In this document: positions 47,343-54,958 of the stretch, piece by piece
Layout of the letters: the number at the start of each line of letters is the position of its first letter
Position numbering within the stretch: position 1 is the first letter of the stretch
Source: an uncultured Pirellulales bacterium
Lineage (GTDB): Bacteria; Planctomycetota; Phycisphaerae; Sedimentisphaerales; Anaerobacaceae
Direction of reading: 5' to 3'
Length of the DNA stretch: 64,000 nt
Assembly: GCA_964354535.1 (NCBI GenBank)
Contig: CAYHAJ010000294.1
Coordinates: forward strand, 5,067 to 69,066
The notes under the pieces: generated by a model
The model's input: only the letters and a program-made list of their open reading frames with translations
The model's database searches: none
What the model was told of the DNA's origin: nothing
Translations under genes and position numbers: made by a program

Positions 47343-47864
47343 ATGTCATCGGAGAATCAACGCGAAACTGCCTCAGAAGATTTGCGCCCCAAGATGTTGC
47401 ATGAGCGGCTTGATTACGCCTGGAAGTGGTTCGACTACCATGCCAAGCAGAGGGTGTCGATGTTCAACTTCTTCTTGATTGCGAGCGGCTTGTTCGCCAC
47501 CGCTTACGTGAACGCACTGAAGGAAGGCGAGAATGTCTTGGGCGCGGTCCTTTCGTTTCTTGGGGCCATTATCGCGGCTGCGTTTGTGGTCTTGGATTTG
47601 CGCAACGCGACGCTTGTATATCTAGGGGAAGATGTTTTGAGGAGGCTAGAGAGAGAAGATCTCTTCGCCGGTTTCAGTGGTTTGACAGAGGAACTCAAAG
47701 AAGCACCCTACGAGGGGATTATATACAGAGACGCCATTGAGGGTCGAACATGCTGTAAGTGTTGGACGAGGCACAAGTACTGGTTGCGCTTGGTCGAGGC
47801 CCTTGTGGCTATAGGTTTTGCGCTGGGCGGGGTCTACGCGCTCGTCAAGCACTTCGACCCTTGA
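47343..47864 (+). CDS. Hypothetical three-helix membrane protein, translationally close-coupled to deoC
   Basis: AAGGAG lies 7 nt before ATG 47343, which is 30 nt after the deoC stop. The product contains LDYAWKWFDYHAKQRVSMFNFFLIASGLFATAYV, a second TM helix and a C-terminal TM helix (LVEALVAIGFALGGVYALV). Confidence 0.7.
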   Translation: MSSENQRETASEDLRPKMLHERLDYAWKWFDYHAKQRVSMFNFFLIASGLFATAYVNALKEGENVLGAVLSFLGAIIAAAFVVLDLRNATLVYLGEDVLRRLEREDLFAGFSGLTEELKEAPYEGIIYRDAIEGRTCCKCWTRHKYWLRLVEALVAIGFALGGVYALVKHFDP

Positions 47865-47934
47865 GCGGAGTGCCGGGAATCCGACGGTGTCAGGTAGTTC
47901 AGCGAACTGTGCGGCCGGTGGTGATTGTATCGCC

Positions 47935-48052
47935 GCCGGTAGTCAGTAGTTTGCAGAAACTACGACTCCCCCGTCTCCCCCGAATCCGAGAAGCCTTCCG
48001 GCGGGCGAAAGACGGCAGCGGCGAAGCCGCAGAGTGGCGGCTGGGCCGGCAG
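47935..48052 (+). repeat. About 120-nt repeat, family 5, copy 1
   Basis: gccggtagtcagtagtt..gaaac.acga.tc.c...tctccc.cgaatccg.gaagccttccggcgg...gcggcg.agccgcag.gtggc.ggctg aligns along its whole length with 50736-50862 in the same orientation. Confidence 0.75.
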
Positions 48053-48175
48053 TGACAAGCGATAGGTGACAAGTGACAAATCAGAGCGACTGCGCCACAG
48101 GTGTGAAGGGATGCTGGCCGGGCCGGCAGTGACAAGCGAGAAGTGACAGGTGACAAGCAAGCAAGGTGACAATTG

Positions 48176-48227
48176 GCAGTCCTCGCCCCGGATTGGAGTC
48201 CGGGGCGACAAGGTTGCCAGTTCTCAG
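48176..48227 (+). repeat. Hairpin repeat, family 4 (CTCGCCCCGGAT..G..TCCGGGG.GACA.GGTTGCCAGTT)
   Basis: ggcagtcctcgccccggattggagtccggggcgacaaggttgccagttctcag. A second copy lies at 63211-63263 (gacagttctcgccccggatcgccgtccggggtgacatggttgccagttgaaaac). Confidence 0.75.
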
Positions 48228-48265
48228 CCCCCAATGGAGGAATCCGGGGCTTTCCGGCACAGGAT

Positions 48266-49435
48266 CTATCGACCTATCACATTGACCACGCCGGTGGCGG
48301 GTAGTTCCGTGCTCGACTTCTGCTGGCCAATGAGCTGTGACACCAGCGACAGGACGTGCATTGATTGGTCGTGGCAGTTGGCGTCCGTGGAGTCAGGTTG
48401 TCGGGGGATGACATACCGGGTTCCCTCATACTCCACCGACACTGCAGGGGCGACGCCCTTACCGTCGATCTCCACGTGAAACAACGAAGCAAGAGACCCG
48501 GGTAGTCTATCGGCGCTATAGACCTCAGGCACTTTTGGGCACCTCCCTTCGGCGGCCGCCAGCATTTCAACTCGGACTATCTCACCCAGGTAATAGAGGA
48601 TGGCCTCAGGAGAACGGATGTAGACCCTCATTTTCGGCGACTTGGAGTCGCTCGGATATGTCTCTCTTCTGCCGTCTTTGGTTCGCTGAAAGATATACGT
48701 CGGCTGCGTGGAGCATACGTCCCATTTGTCTCCATCCTTCTCACTTTTCTTGAGTGCAAGCCCGGCCTTCTGGACTTCGATCAGGTCTTTCAGTCGCGCT
48801 GCCTGCTTCGCGTCCACGGTTCCGACCCTTCTGGACTCGCGATTGGGGTCTGGTACTATGTCCCACTTGGCCGTGCGTATCTCATCCTGAAACCGACGGA
48901 ATTCTCCCCAATCTTCGGGGTAGTTCTCGTACGGCTTCTCCCCTGGGGAGTTGATGTCGATCCGGCGGATAAACAGGTGCAGTAGCAGGTCCTTCGACCA
49001 CCCCTGGCTCCAATAGTACTCAATTGTGGCCATGGACACCGGCTTCATCACCCCGCACATGAACTCCTTGGTGTCCAGAACCGCCATATCGAATAGGGGA
49101 CTGCTCGTGTAGGTGGCGCTGGGAGTAACGGAATAGGAGCCATTCGCACCAGATCCAATCGCGCCGAAGGGAACGCTCAGACCCCCTGTCCCGAATGCAT
49201 AGGTGATGTTTCCGGTCAGCTTGCCGAACGTAGTGAAATACATGGGGCGACGCTGGCTGGCCCGGATGATGTTGAGAAGCAGCATTCGATTGCCCGTTGC
49301 TTCCGCCACCATGTTATACTCCGTCGTCCTCTGGATCATATTCTCTTTGGGGACCAGGGGATAGCATCCGGCCAGTAGGCCGACGAGACTGGCCCCGGAC
49401 AAGACTGTCAGTGCAATCGATCGATTCAGTTTCAT
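48266..49435 (-). CDS. Hypothetical lipoprotein (389 aa)
   Basis: ATG 49435 gives MKLNRSIALTVLSGASLVGLLAGC (lipobox). The DNA is AT-richer. No family recognised. Confidence 0.75.
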   Translation of the reverse strand: MKLNRSIALTVLSGASLVGLLAGCYPLVPKENMIQRTTEYNMVAEATGNRMLLLNIIRASQRRPMYFTTFGKLTGNITYAFGTGGLSVPFGAIGSGANGSYSVTPSATYTSSPLFDMAVLDTKEFMCGVMKPVSMATIEYYWSQGWSKDLLLHLFIRRIDINSPGEKPYENYPEDWGEFRRFQDEIRTAKWDIVPDPNRESRRVGTVDAKQAARLKDLIEVQKAGLALKKSEKDGDKWDVCSTQPTYIFQRTKDGRRETYPSDSKSPKMRVYIRSPEAILYYLGEIVRVEMLAAAEGRCPKVPEVYSADRLPGSLASLFHVEIDGKGVAPAVSVEYEGTRYVIPRQPDSTDANCHDQSMHVLSLVSQLIGQQKSSTELPATGVVNVIGR

Positions 49436-49513
49436 GGCTTGGTCTCCTGAAGTTGTGGGGCAGACCCGGCGGCACGCCCGCCCTGCCCCGTATGGTTTCC
49501 GCACAGAGTTTGC

Positions 49514-49888
49514 TTAAGCATGCGCCTTATTCCACAAGAGAATCACGCCAAATACTACGGTCAGTGCCATCCCCGACGCGAAGAAGAGAACCTGGCCCAG
49601 GGCAGGCACACGTATGTTCGACGCATAGATCGACGACGGCGAAAGCTCCGATTCTCTGCCCAGGGAGCCTGTAAGCGCCAACAGTCCGGCGACACCGGAC
49701 AGTAGTGCGAGCAGAAACAGTACCCAAGAGGTACCAAGGGCAATGTAGGCAACGATGGGAAGGTCTTTGATGATGTCTTTGAGAAAAGTGACTTCGAGCG
49801 TCAAAACGCCGGTGCTCAGAGTCATCATTTGCTTGAGAGCGTCCGTCGTGGCTTGAAACGCCTGCTTTGTTTGATCGTCCATACGCAC
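49514..49888 (-). CDS. Hypothetical small membrane protein (3-4 TM)
   Basis: GTG 49888 or ATG 49882 follows directly after the upstream gene's stop (49890). Hydrophobic helices include IVAYIALGTSWVLFLLALLSGVAGLLAL and LGQVLFFASGMALTVVFGVILLW. Confidence 0.6.
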   Translation of the reverse strand: MRMDDQTKQAFQATTDALKQMMTLSTGVLTLEVTFLKDIIKDLPIVAYIALGTSWVLFLLALLSGVAGLLALTGSLGRESELSPSSIYASNIRVPALGQVLFFASGMALTVVFGVILLWNKAHA

Positions 49889-49889
49889 C

Positions 49890-50192
49890 TCAACAGAACG
49901 GGAATATTGGGCAGAGTCTTGATAAGGCGTTGCTCACACTCAGTCCCATAATTCCATGTATTTTTGCCTGTTCCTCGAACTCGCTGAGCAAGTAATCAAG
50001 ATTGCGCTGAACTTCGCCAAGGCAGTCCGGATCAGAGGCGACCTTCCCTGCCGCCATCCAGATTAGAGGATCCAGTTCTTTCAACCAGTCTGCAACTGGG
50101 GAGGAGATTCCCTGAGATGCAAGGGGCAGACGAATTGCGGTAGCATGGACTTTGGCGTCGAGCATCCGGTATATGTCTTCCTTGTCTGGCAC
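49890..50192 (-). CDS. Hypothetical small soluble protein (100 aa), first gene of a three-gene operon
   Basis: ATG 50192. The helical, acidic sequence starts MPDKEDIYRMLDAKVH. No family recognised. Confidence 0.5.
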   Translation of the reverse strand: MPDKEDIYRMLDAKVHATAIRLPLASQGISSPVADWLKELDPLIWMAAGKVASDPDCLGEVQRNLDYLLSEFEEQAKIHGIMGLSVSNALSRLCPIFPFC

Positions 50193-50735
50193 AAATCACC
50201 TCCGAGGAACTCGTGAGAAATCGGTCCTTTCCAACAGGCTCATTCTGACTCGCCTTCTCAGGAGTCGTCGAGGGGCGACCGGATCGCCTGCGAAGGACGT
50301 TGTTCGTCCCGTGACGATACATGCCGGAGCCGGTCCCCGGGATCGACCGGGCAAGTCGAAGGCGTCCCAAGGCTGACGCCGGCATAGATGATGGGCGCTT
50401 CGGCTGGGCATCCTCATGGTGCCAAGTATGCCGCCGACCAACGCTGGGTCTTAGCTTCTCAGAGGTGCAGTTTCTCGAAAGTCAATTGCTAAGAGACAAG
50501 TACAATTCTACACGTTCGTAGACACCTGTCAACGGGAAAAGGAGATAGATCGATGACGAATCTCGCGAGGGCTCGTGGGGGGGACTAACCACCGAGTCAG
50601 CGAATAGGAAGTGCCCGGTGCCGTTTGCAGAGGAGGCTCTCGCCTGTCAGGCAGCGGTGCCAGCCGGCACTTCTTTCTGGATGTCCTCGAACTAGTTCAC
50701 GACGAGATCGCCTTTGGCGAAGTGGAAGGACGGTT

Positions 50736-50862
50736 GCCGGTAGTCAGTAGTTCACCGAAACAACGAATCGCACTTCTCCCACGAATCCGGGAAGCCTTCC
50801 GGCGGCAATTCGTGTCCTTCGTGGCCGCGGCGGAGCCGCAGGGTGGCCGGCTGCGCGGCGAG
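50736..50862 (+). repeat. About 120-nt repeat, family 5, copy 2
   Basis: See 47935-48052. It has the same orientation and the same block order. Confidence 0.75.
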
Positions 50863-50881
50863 GTTTGAAGGGTGGCAGATT

Positions 50882-50966
50882 GTGAAGAGTGTGAAGGGGT
50901 CAGCTCCGGCCTGCGGCCTACCGCCTTCGGCCTGCGCCCCGCTTTCCTCCGTTCTCCGTGGCCGCG
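50882..50966 (+). repeat. Repeat family 3 (GTGAAGAGTGTGA.GG..CAGCT.CGGCCTGCGGCCTACCGCCT...), copy A
   Basis: It aligns with 51757-51869 and partly with 53116-53197, all on the same strand. Confidence 0.75.
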
Positions 50967-50989
50967 GTGTATGGTGGTGGGGCGGTTGC

Positions 50990-51391
50990 CTACAGGAATT
51001 CATCGACGAAGGTTTTGGGCCGGAGCACCCGAATGCCCGCCCAGCCGGACACCGCCAGCAGATGCCTATCACCGCTGACAATGAGTCGCGTTCCTCCGGC
51101 CAAGGCACAGGCCAGGAAGATATCGTCCTTGGGGTCGTCGCAGATGGGTTTGGGAAGGGGCGTAGTCTGCACAATCTGGGAGTGGACCGCCACCAAATCG
51201 AGGAGCGACGAAATGTCGATTCCCCTGTATCTTTGGCTCAGTCGCACGGCAACCTGCCGGTACTCCGCCAAAATCTCCAGGCATACAGCCAATTGGACCC
51301 TCTCATCGCGCCAGGCTTGCAGAATCCGATAAGGCGGTCCGCTGAAGAAGATCCCGGACATGAGGACGTTCGTGTCAAGGACGATTCTCAT
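50990..51391 (-). CDS. PIN-domain toxin (VapC-like, PIN_3 type)
   Basis: MRIVLDTNVLMSGIFF.G.P..IL.AW...V.L......L.EY......PKDD.FLACALAG....IVSGD.HLL has the acidic PIN residues in place. It overlaps the antitoxin stop by 4 nt. Confidence 0.9.
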   Translation of the reverse strand: MRIVLDTNVLMSGIFFSGPPYRILQAWRDERVQLAVCLEILAEYRQVAVRLSQRYRGIDISSLLDLVAVHSQIVQTTPLPKPICDDPKDDIFLACALAGGTRLIVSGDRHLLAVSGWAGIRVLRPKTFVDEFL

Positions 51392-51651
51392 CGCTGTTTC
51401 CGCACGCGGGAGATGGTCGCCGAGACATCCGAACGTGTCAAGCCGGCGGCCCGGGCCTGCTTTTTCGCTTTCTTGACGAGGCGGTCAAAATCGTCCATGG
51501 AGGGCGGTCGGACCATCTTCAAGATGACGACGTCATCCTCACCCAGGACGATGAACTGGGTGCCCGAATCGAGTTGGAGCCGGCGGCGGATATCCTCCGG
51601 AATCACAACCTGGCCCTTCGACGACATTTTCGTGGTCGATACCGCTCTCAT
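51388..51651 (-). CDS. AbrB/MazE/SpoVT-family antitoxin
   Basis: ATG 51651 is preceded by AAGGAG. The product has TKMSSKGQVVIPEDIRRRLQLDSGTQF, the swapped-hairpin SpoVT/AbrB motif. Confidence 0.85.
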   Translation of the reverse strand: MRAVSTTKMSSKGQVVIPEDIRRRLQLDSGTQFIVLGEDDVVILKMVRPPSMDDFDRLVKKAKKQARAAGLTRSDVSATISRVRKQR

Positions 51652-51684
51652 GCGATTCTCCTTCTTGCCTGTCTTACCAGTAAG

Positions 51685-51713
51685 ATCGTACCTCAAAGCG
51701 TACCGGCTGTCAA
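51685..51713 (-). promoter_or_regulatory. Promoter of the AbrB-PIN cassette with direct GGTACG repeats in the spacer
   Basis: The minus strand reads TTGACA, a 17-nt spacer (gccGGTACGctttgaG), then GTACGAT with -10 TACGAT. It lies 34 nt upstream of ATG 51651. Confidence 0.45.
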
Positions 51714-51756
51714 GCCGGCAAGCGGATACGCCACAGCGTGGAAAGGGTCCCAGGAC

Positions 51757-51869
51757 GTGAAGAGTGTGAGGGTGCAGCTACGGCCTGCGGCCTACCGCCT
51801 CCAGCCCGCGATCCTCTGTCCTCCGTCCACCCCTCCTTCCTCCGTGGCCTCCGTGTGCTCCGTGGTGAG
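51757..51869 (+). repeat. Repeat family 3, copy B
   Basis: gtgaagagtgtgagggtgcagctacggcctgcggcctaccgcctcc...tcctccgt... It is colinear with copy A. Confidence 0.75.
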
Positions 51870-52091
51870 AAATCAGTTCTCAGTTGTCAGTTCCTGGTTC
51901 TCAGTCAGATTGCCGCGCCGGGCTCGCAATGACATGATCTGCGGAAATCGGGAGACTGCGGCTTCCCGCCTTCGCGGGAATGACAATGCTGCGCTCCTCG
52001 CACCTGTCTGATCCACGATGATCTCCCCTGCGGGCGAAAGATTTTTCGCCCCTACAGCCTGCCACCCGTCCCCGGATCTCCGGGATTTCCC

Positions 52092-52120
52092 TTGAAAAAT
52101 AGCTCATGATGTTGTATAAT
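52092..52120 (+). promoter_or_regulatory. Near-consensus sigma70-type promoter pointing into the repeat array
   Basis: TTGAAA (52092-52097), an exact 17-nt spacer, then TATAAT (52115-52120). It sits in a local AT-rich patch of otherwise GC-rich DNA. Confidence 0.5.
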
Positions 52121-52197
52121 ATATGACAAACAGAATAGCGGTCTATCGAAAGAAAGGAGGACAAAAGACGAATGGCAGAGGACAGAGGACGGCGGAT

Positions 52198-53010
52198 CGT
52201 GCAAAACAAAGCCAATCTCCCGCCGCGCCGGGGGGGCCGGGGGCTTGTACAAACAAACCCAATTGGCGAGGGGATCGGGGGTCAGGGTCCAGAGGTAAGC
52301 GACCTGACACCCAGTACCCGACCCCTGACACCAGGACTTTCGTGCAAAACAAACCCAATTCGGCCCGGCCGGGACAGGTGCCGACGAGCGAAAGATGCGA
52401 AACGAACCCAATTCCCGGCGGCGCCGGCTGGGCCAGGGCCGCGGGAGGCGTGCGACGCGGGGCAAATGTGCAAAACGAACCCAATTTCCGCCAGTCGAGA
52501 TACCCCACCATTCCAGTATTCCAGGCCCGAGCCAATCGTGCCAAACAAAGCCAATTGTCCCCAGATGTCCGGAAATGGGCGCGCACCGGCCGGGCCGAAA
52601 GGAGGCCCCCGCTGAGGATCTGTTGTGCGAAACAAAGCCAAAAGGCAGTAGCCGGTAGTCGGTAGTCAGTAGTCGGTCGGAAGACCGCCGTACAAACAAA
52701 GCCAATTCGCGCGAAGCGCCAGGAGGGACAAGCGCTTTATGGAAAAGGAGTTATGGTGAACCGGACCTCTGAACGGCTGCGGCAAAACAAAGCCAATTCC
52801 CGGCGGTGCCGGGTGGGCGGGGGACGTGGAAGACGAGAACCGTCGGGCGTTGTACAAACAAAGCCAAATTCCGGTGGTCGATATACCCCACTGTTCCACT
52901 ATTCCATCATTCCAGCATTCCAGTCCCGTCCCCGTTGTACAAACAAAGCCAATTCCCCCGTGGGCAGGCGGGGCCACCGCGGGAGCCAAGCGTGCGAAAC
53001 AAAGCCAATT
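52198..53010 (+). repeat. Array of 12 same-strand degenerate 19-20 nt core repeats (YGTRCAAAACAAAGCCAATT-like), irregular spacing, not CRISPR
   Basis: The cores start at 52198, 52246, 52341, 52395, 52467, 52537, 52624, 52689, 52779, 52851, 52936 and 52991. Each is followed by a short GC-rich potential hairpin. Confidence 0.85.
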
Positions 53011-53284
53011 CGGCCCGGACGGGTATCCGAACGCCGGCGTCCATCAGCGTTTATCGGCGGTTGACCATCAGGCTTCAGGCATTGGGCGGGAGGTGGGGAG
53101 GCAGGGATCGGGGGCCAGCTACAGCCTGCGGCCTATCGCCTCCGGTCTGCGGTCCTCTGCCTTCTGTCCTCCGTCCTCCCCCGGTGTCCTCCGTGACCCC
53201 GCGGTGAAGAGCCTGGATTCGCGCCTTCGCGGGAAGGACAGAGAAAGAGTTGGCGGGTTCGGCGGTGGGAGGATTCTCCCGTGG

Positions 53285-53767
53285 TCACTGGTTGGGATCG
53301 GCGGGGGCGGCCTCGAGCGGGGTGTGGGCCCACTGCTGCCAGAGAAGGGCCTCCTGGGCGGCCCTCCGGTTGGCACAGTAGGCGGTGACCTCGGTGCGGG
53401 CGGGGTCGAGGGCGCGGAGGTCGGCGGTCAGGAGGTATTCCAGGCCGAAGCTGCCGGCGTTGAAAAACGTTACCGTGGCGGATTGGCCGTCCGGGGCGAG
53501 TCGGGTGGTTACGCCGGGTTGGTACGTCACGAGGTTCGTGTGCCGGTACCGCTCCTGGGCCCGGCGGGCGACCCGCAGGTAGATCGTTGGGCAGTCGGCC
53601 GGGACCTCGAACGAATAGACGCGCTGCGGGTGCTGACGCAGGCTTGTGACACTCGTCGGGCCGCCGCAACCGCTGAGCCATAGCAGCACCGATAGGAGCA
53701 CTCTGGTCCAAGCGCGAGACAAGCGAGTGGATATCGTGCCCGTCTTTTGCAGAAGTTCAACATCCAT
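53285..53767 (-). CDS. Hypothetical lipoprotein
   Basis: ATG 53767. The product has a lipobox (LLWLSGC). No family recognised. Confidence 0.55.
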   Translation of the reverse strand: MDVELLQKTGTISTRLSRAWTRVLLSVLLWLSGCGGPTSVTSLRQHPQRVYSFEVPADCPTIYLRVARRAQERYRHTNLVTYQPGVTTRLAPDGQSATVTFFNAGSFGLEYLLTADLRALDPARTEVTAYCANRRAAQEALLWQQWAHTPLEAAPADPNQ

Positions 53768-53935
53768 GTCGGTCCTTTCTGTCGGCAGTATTATGGATGC
53801 AATCCGCGCCGGAGCAAGGGAAAAAGGGATAAGAAGAGTTGGAAGTGGGAAGTGGGAAGTGTCAAGTTGTCAGTTCACAGCTCTTAACAAGATACTGCCA
53901 ACTGACAACTGCCCACTGGGAACTCCGCAAAGCGG

Positions 53936-54427
53936 TTACACCTGTAACGTCGGCTTCTGATCGCCTGGATAGGCGTCCAGCAAGAGGCTGATCGCCTCGT
54001 CCTCGGGGGCCCGCCATACGGCGATGAGATAGAAGAACAGGCCCGCCAGCAGGACGCCGGGCACGCAGAACGCCGCGACCGTCCCAGCGAAGGGATAGTC
54101 GTGCTGCAGAGAGGTGTAGACGACCACGGAGTAGATCCACGACAGCATCAGGGTGGGCAGCATGAGGGTCCGGAAGCCCAGCCGGCCCGACCGCCGCAGC
54201 AGAACGACGTAGGGCATGCCAAAGCACAGCGCGCACAGGTACGCAGGCCCCACACCGATCGCCAGGACGAAAAGATGCAGGCCAGCCGCCGTGAAGTAGG
54301 CTTGGTCGGGGCCGAGCCGCGCGAGGGCGAGTCTCAGAGAGATGTACAAAACCAGCGGCACCACCGCCGGCGCCAGGACCAATCCCAGAAACAGGCGGAA
54401 ACCCCGGGACCACTTTTCCGTACTCAT
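53936..54427 (-). CDS. Hypothetical membrane protein (about 5 TM)
   Basis: ATG 54427 (MSTEKWSRGFRLFLGLVLAP). The product is hydrophobic throughout. No family recognised. Confidence 0.5.
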   Translation of the reverse strand: MSTEKWSRGFRLFLGLVLAPAVVPLVLYISLRLALARLGPDQAYFTAAGLHLFVLAIGVGPAYLCALCFGMPYVVLLRRSGRLGFRTLMLPTLMLSWIYSVVVYTSLQHDYPFAGTVAAFCVPGVLLAGLFFYLIAVWRAPEDEAISLLLDAYPGDQKPTLQV

Positions 54428-54695
54428 TTTCGTTCCCACCTCCGCATTCGCATCATCAACCACGAATCATCGGCTCTGGTCGGGCCTTTCGGCCGCCCGT
54501 CCCAGCCGCAACCACGGCCCATCGGCGCGGACTCTCCATCCGCACGAAACCTGCCACCACCGGTAATCCATCCTTTGATTGGCCGCACCATCGCTGAATC
54601 GAGGCGATCCAGCCGCATTCCCTTGGCAAACCATTATCGTCGAAACGACCGAGAAAAGCAAGGAAAACACGCAAGAATAACACCCCCGCCCCTTT

Positions 54696-54765
54696 GTCAC
54701 CCCCGCGAAGGCGGGGGCCCAGGGTGGTCGAAATACTGATGGATTCCCACCTGCGCGGGAATGAC
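54696..54765. repeat. Inverted pair of family-2 REP-like hairpins next to tRNA-Gly(UCC)
   Basis: gtcacccccgcgaaggcgggggccc (- orientation copy) is followed after 23 nt by ttcccacctgcgcgggaatgac (+ orientation copy). Confidence 0.7.
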
Positions 54766-54805
54766 AAGAAACCGCCCCCTGAAAACCACGATTCTCGCTG
54801 GAAGA

Positions 54806-54876
54806 AGCGGGTGGCGGGGATCGAACCCGCGTAGCCAGCTTGGAAGGCTGGTGCTTTACCACTAAGCAACACCCGC
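54806..54876 (-). tRNA. tRNA-Gly (anticodon UCC)
   Basis: The minus strand reads GCGGGTG TT GCTT AGTGGTA AAGC A CCAGC CTTCCAA GCTGG CTAC GCGGG TTCGATC CCCGC CACCCGC T. It is 71 nt with no encoded CCA. Confidence 0.95.
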
Positions 54877-54886
54877 GTGGCGTTGG

Positions 54887-54915
54887 TTGATTATTCCGCA
54901 GTAACGGCGTATAAT
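54887..54915 (+). promoter_or_regulatory. proA promoter
   Basis: TTGATT (54887-54892), a 17-nt spacer, then TATAAT (54910-54915). It lies 44 nt upstream of ATG 54959. Confidence 0.5.
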
Positions 54916-54958
54916 AATCCGTTTCCGTGCGGGCTGAAGTTAAAGGACATAGATAAAA

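Noticed and set aside
52172-52615. 147-codon ORF with a strong RBS running through the repeat array, as a real protein gene
   Set aside because: The product is low-complexity (R/G/P-rich). The repeated DNA core is read in different frames along it. Overlapping ORFs of similar length exist in other frames and on the other strand. It is kept only as a point to test under the array finding.
52198-53010. Possible CRISPR array
   Set aside because: The repeats are only about 19-20 nt and degenerate. Spacing is irregular (48-95 nt). The spacers share motifs with each other and with other intergenic repeats. No cas genes or leader-like structure typical of CRISPR were seen in the window.
44600-54876. 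Integrated prophage or ICE at tRNA-Gly(UCC)
   Set aside because: No integrase, phage structural, conjugation or replication genes are present, and no recognisable att duplication of the tRNA 3-prime end was found by eye. It is treated only as a compositionally mixed accessory region.
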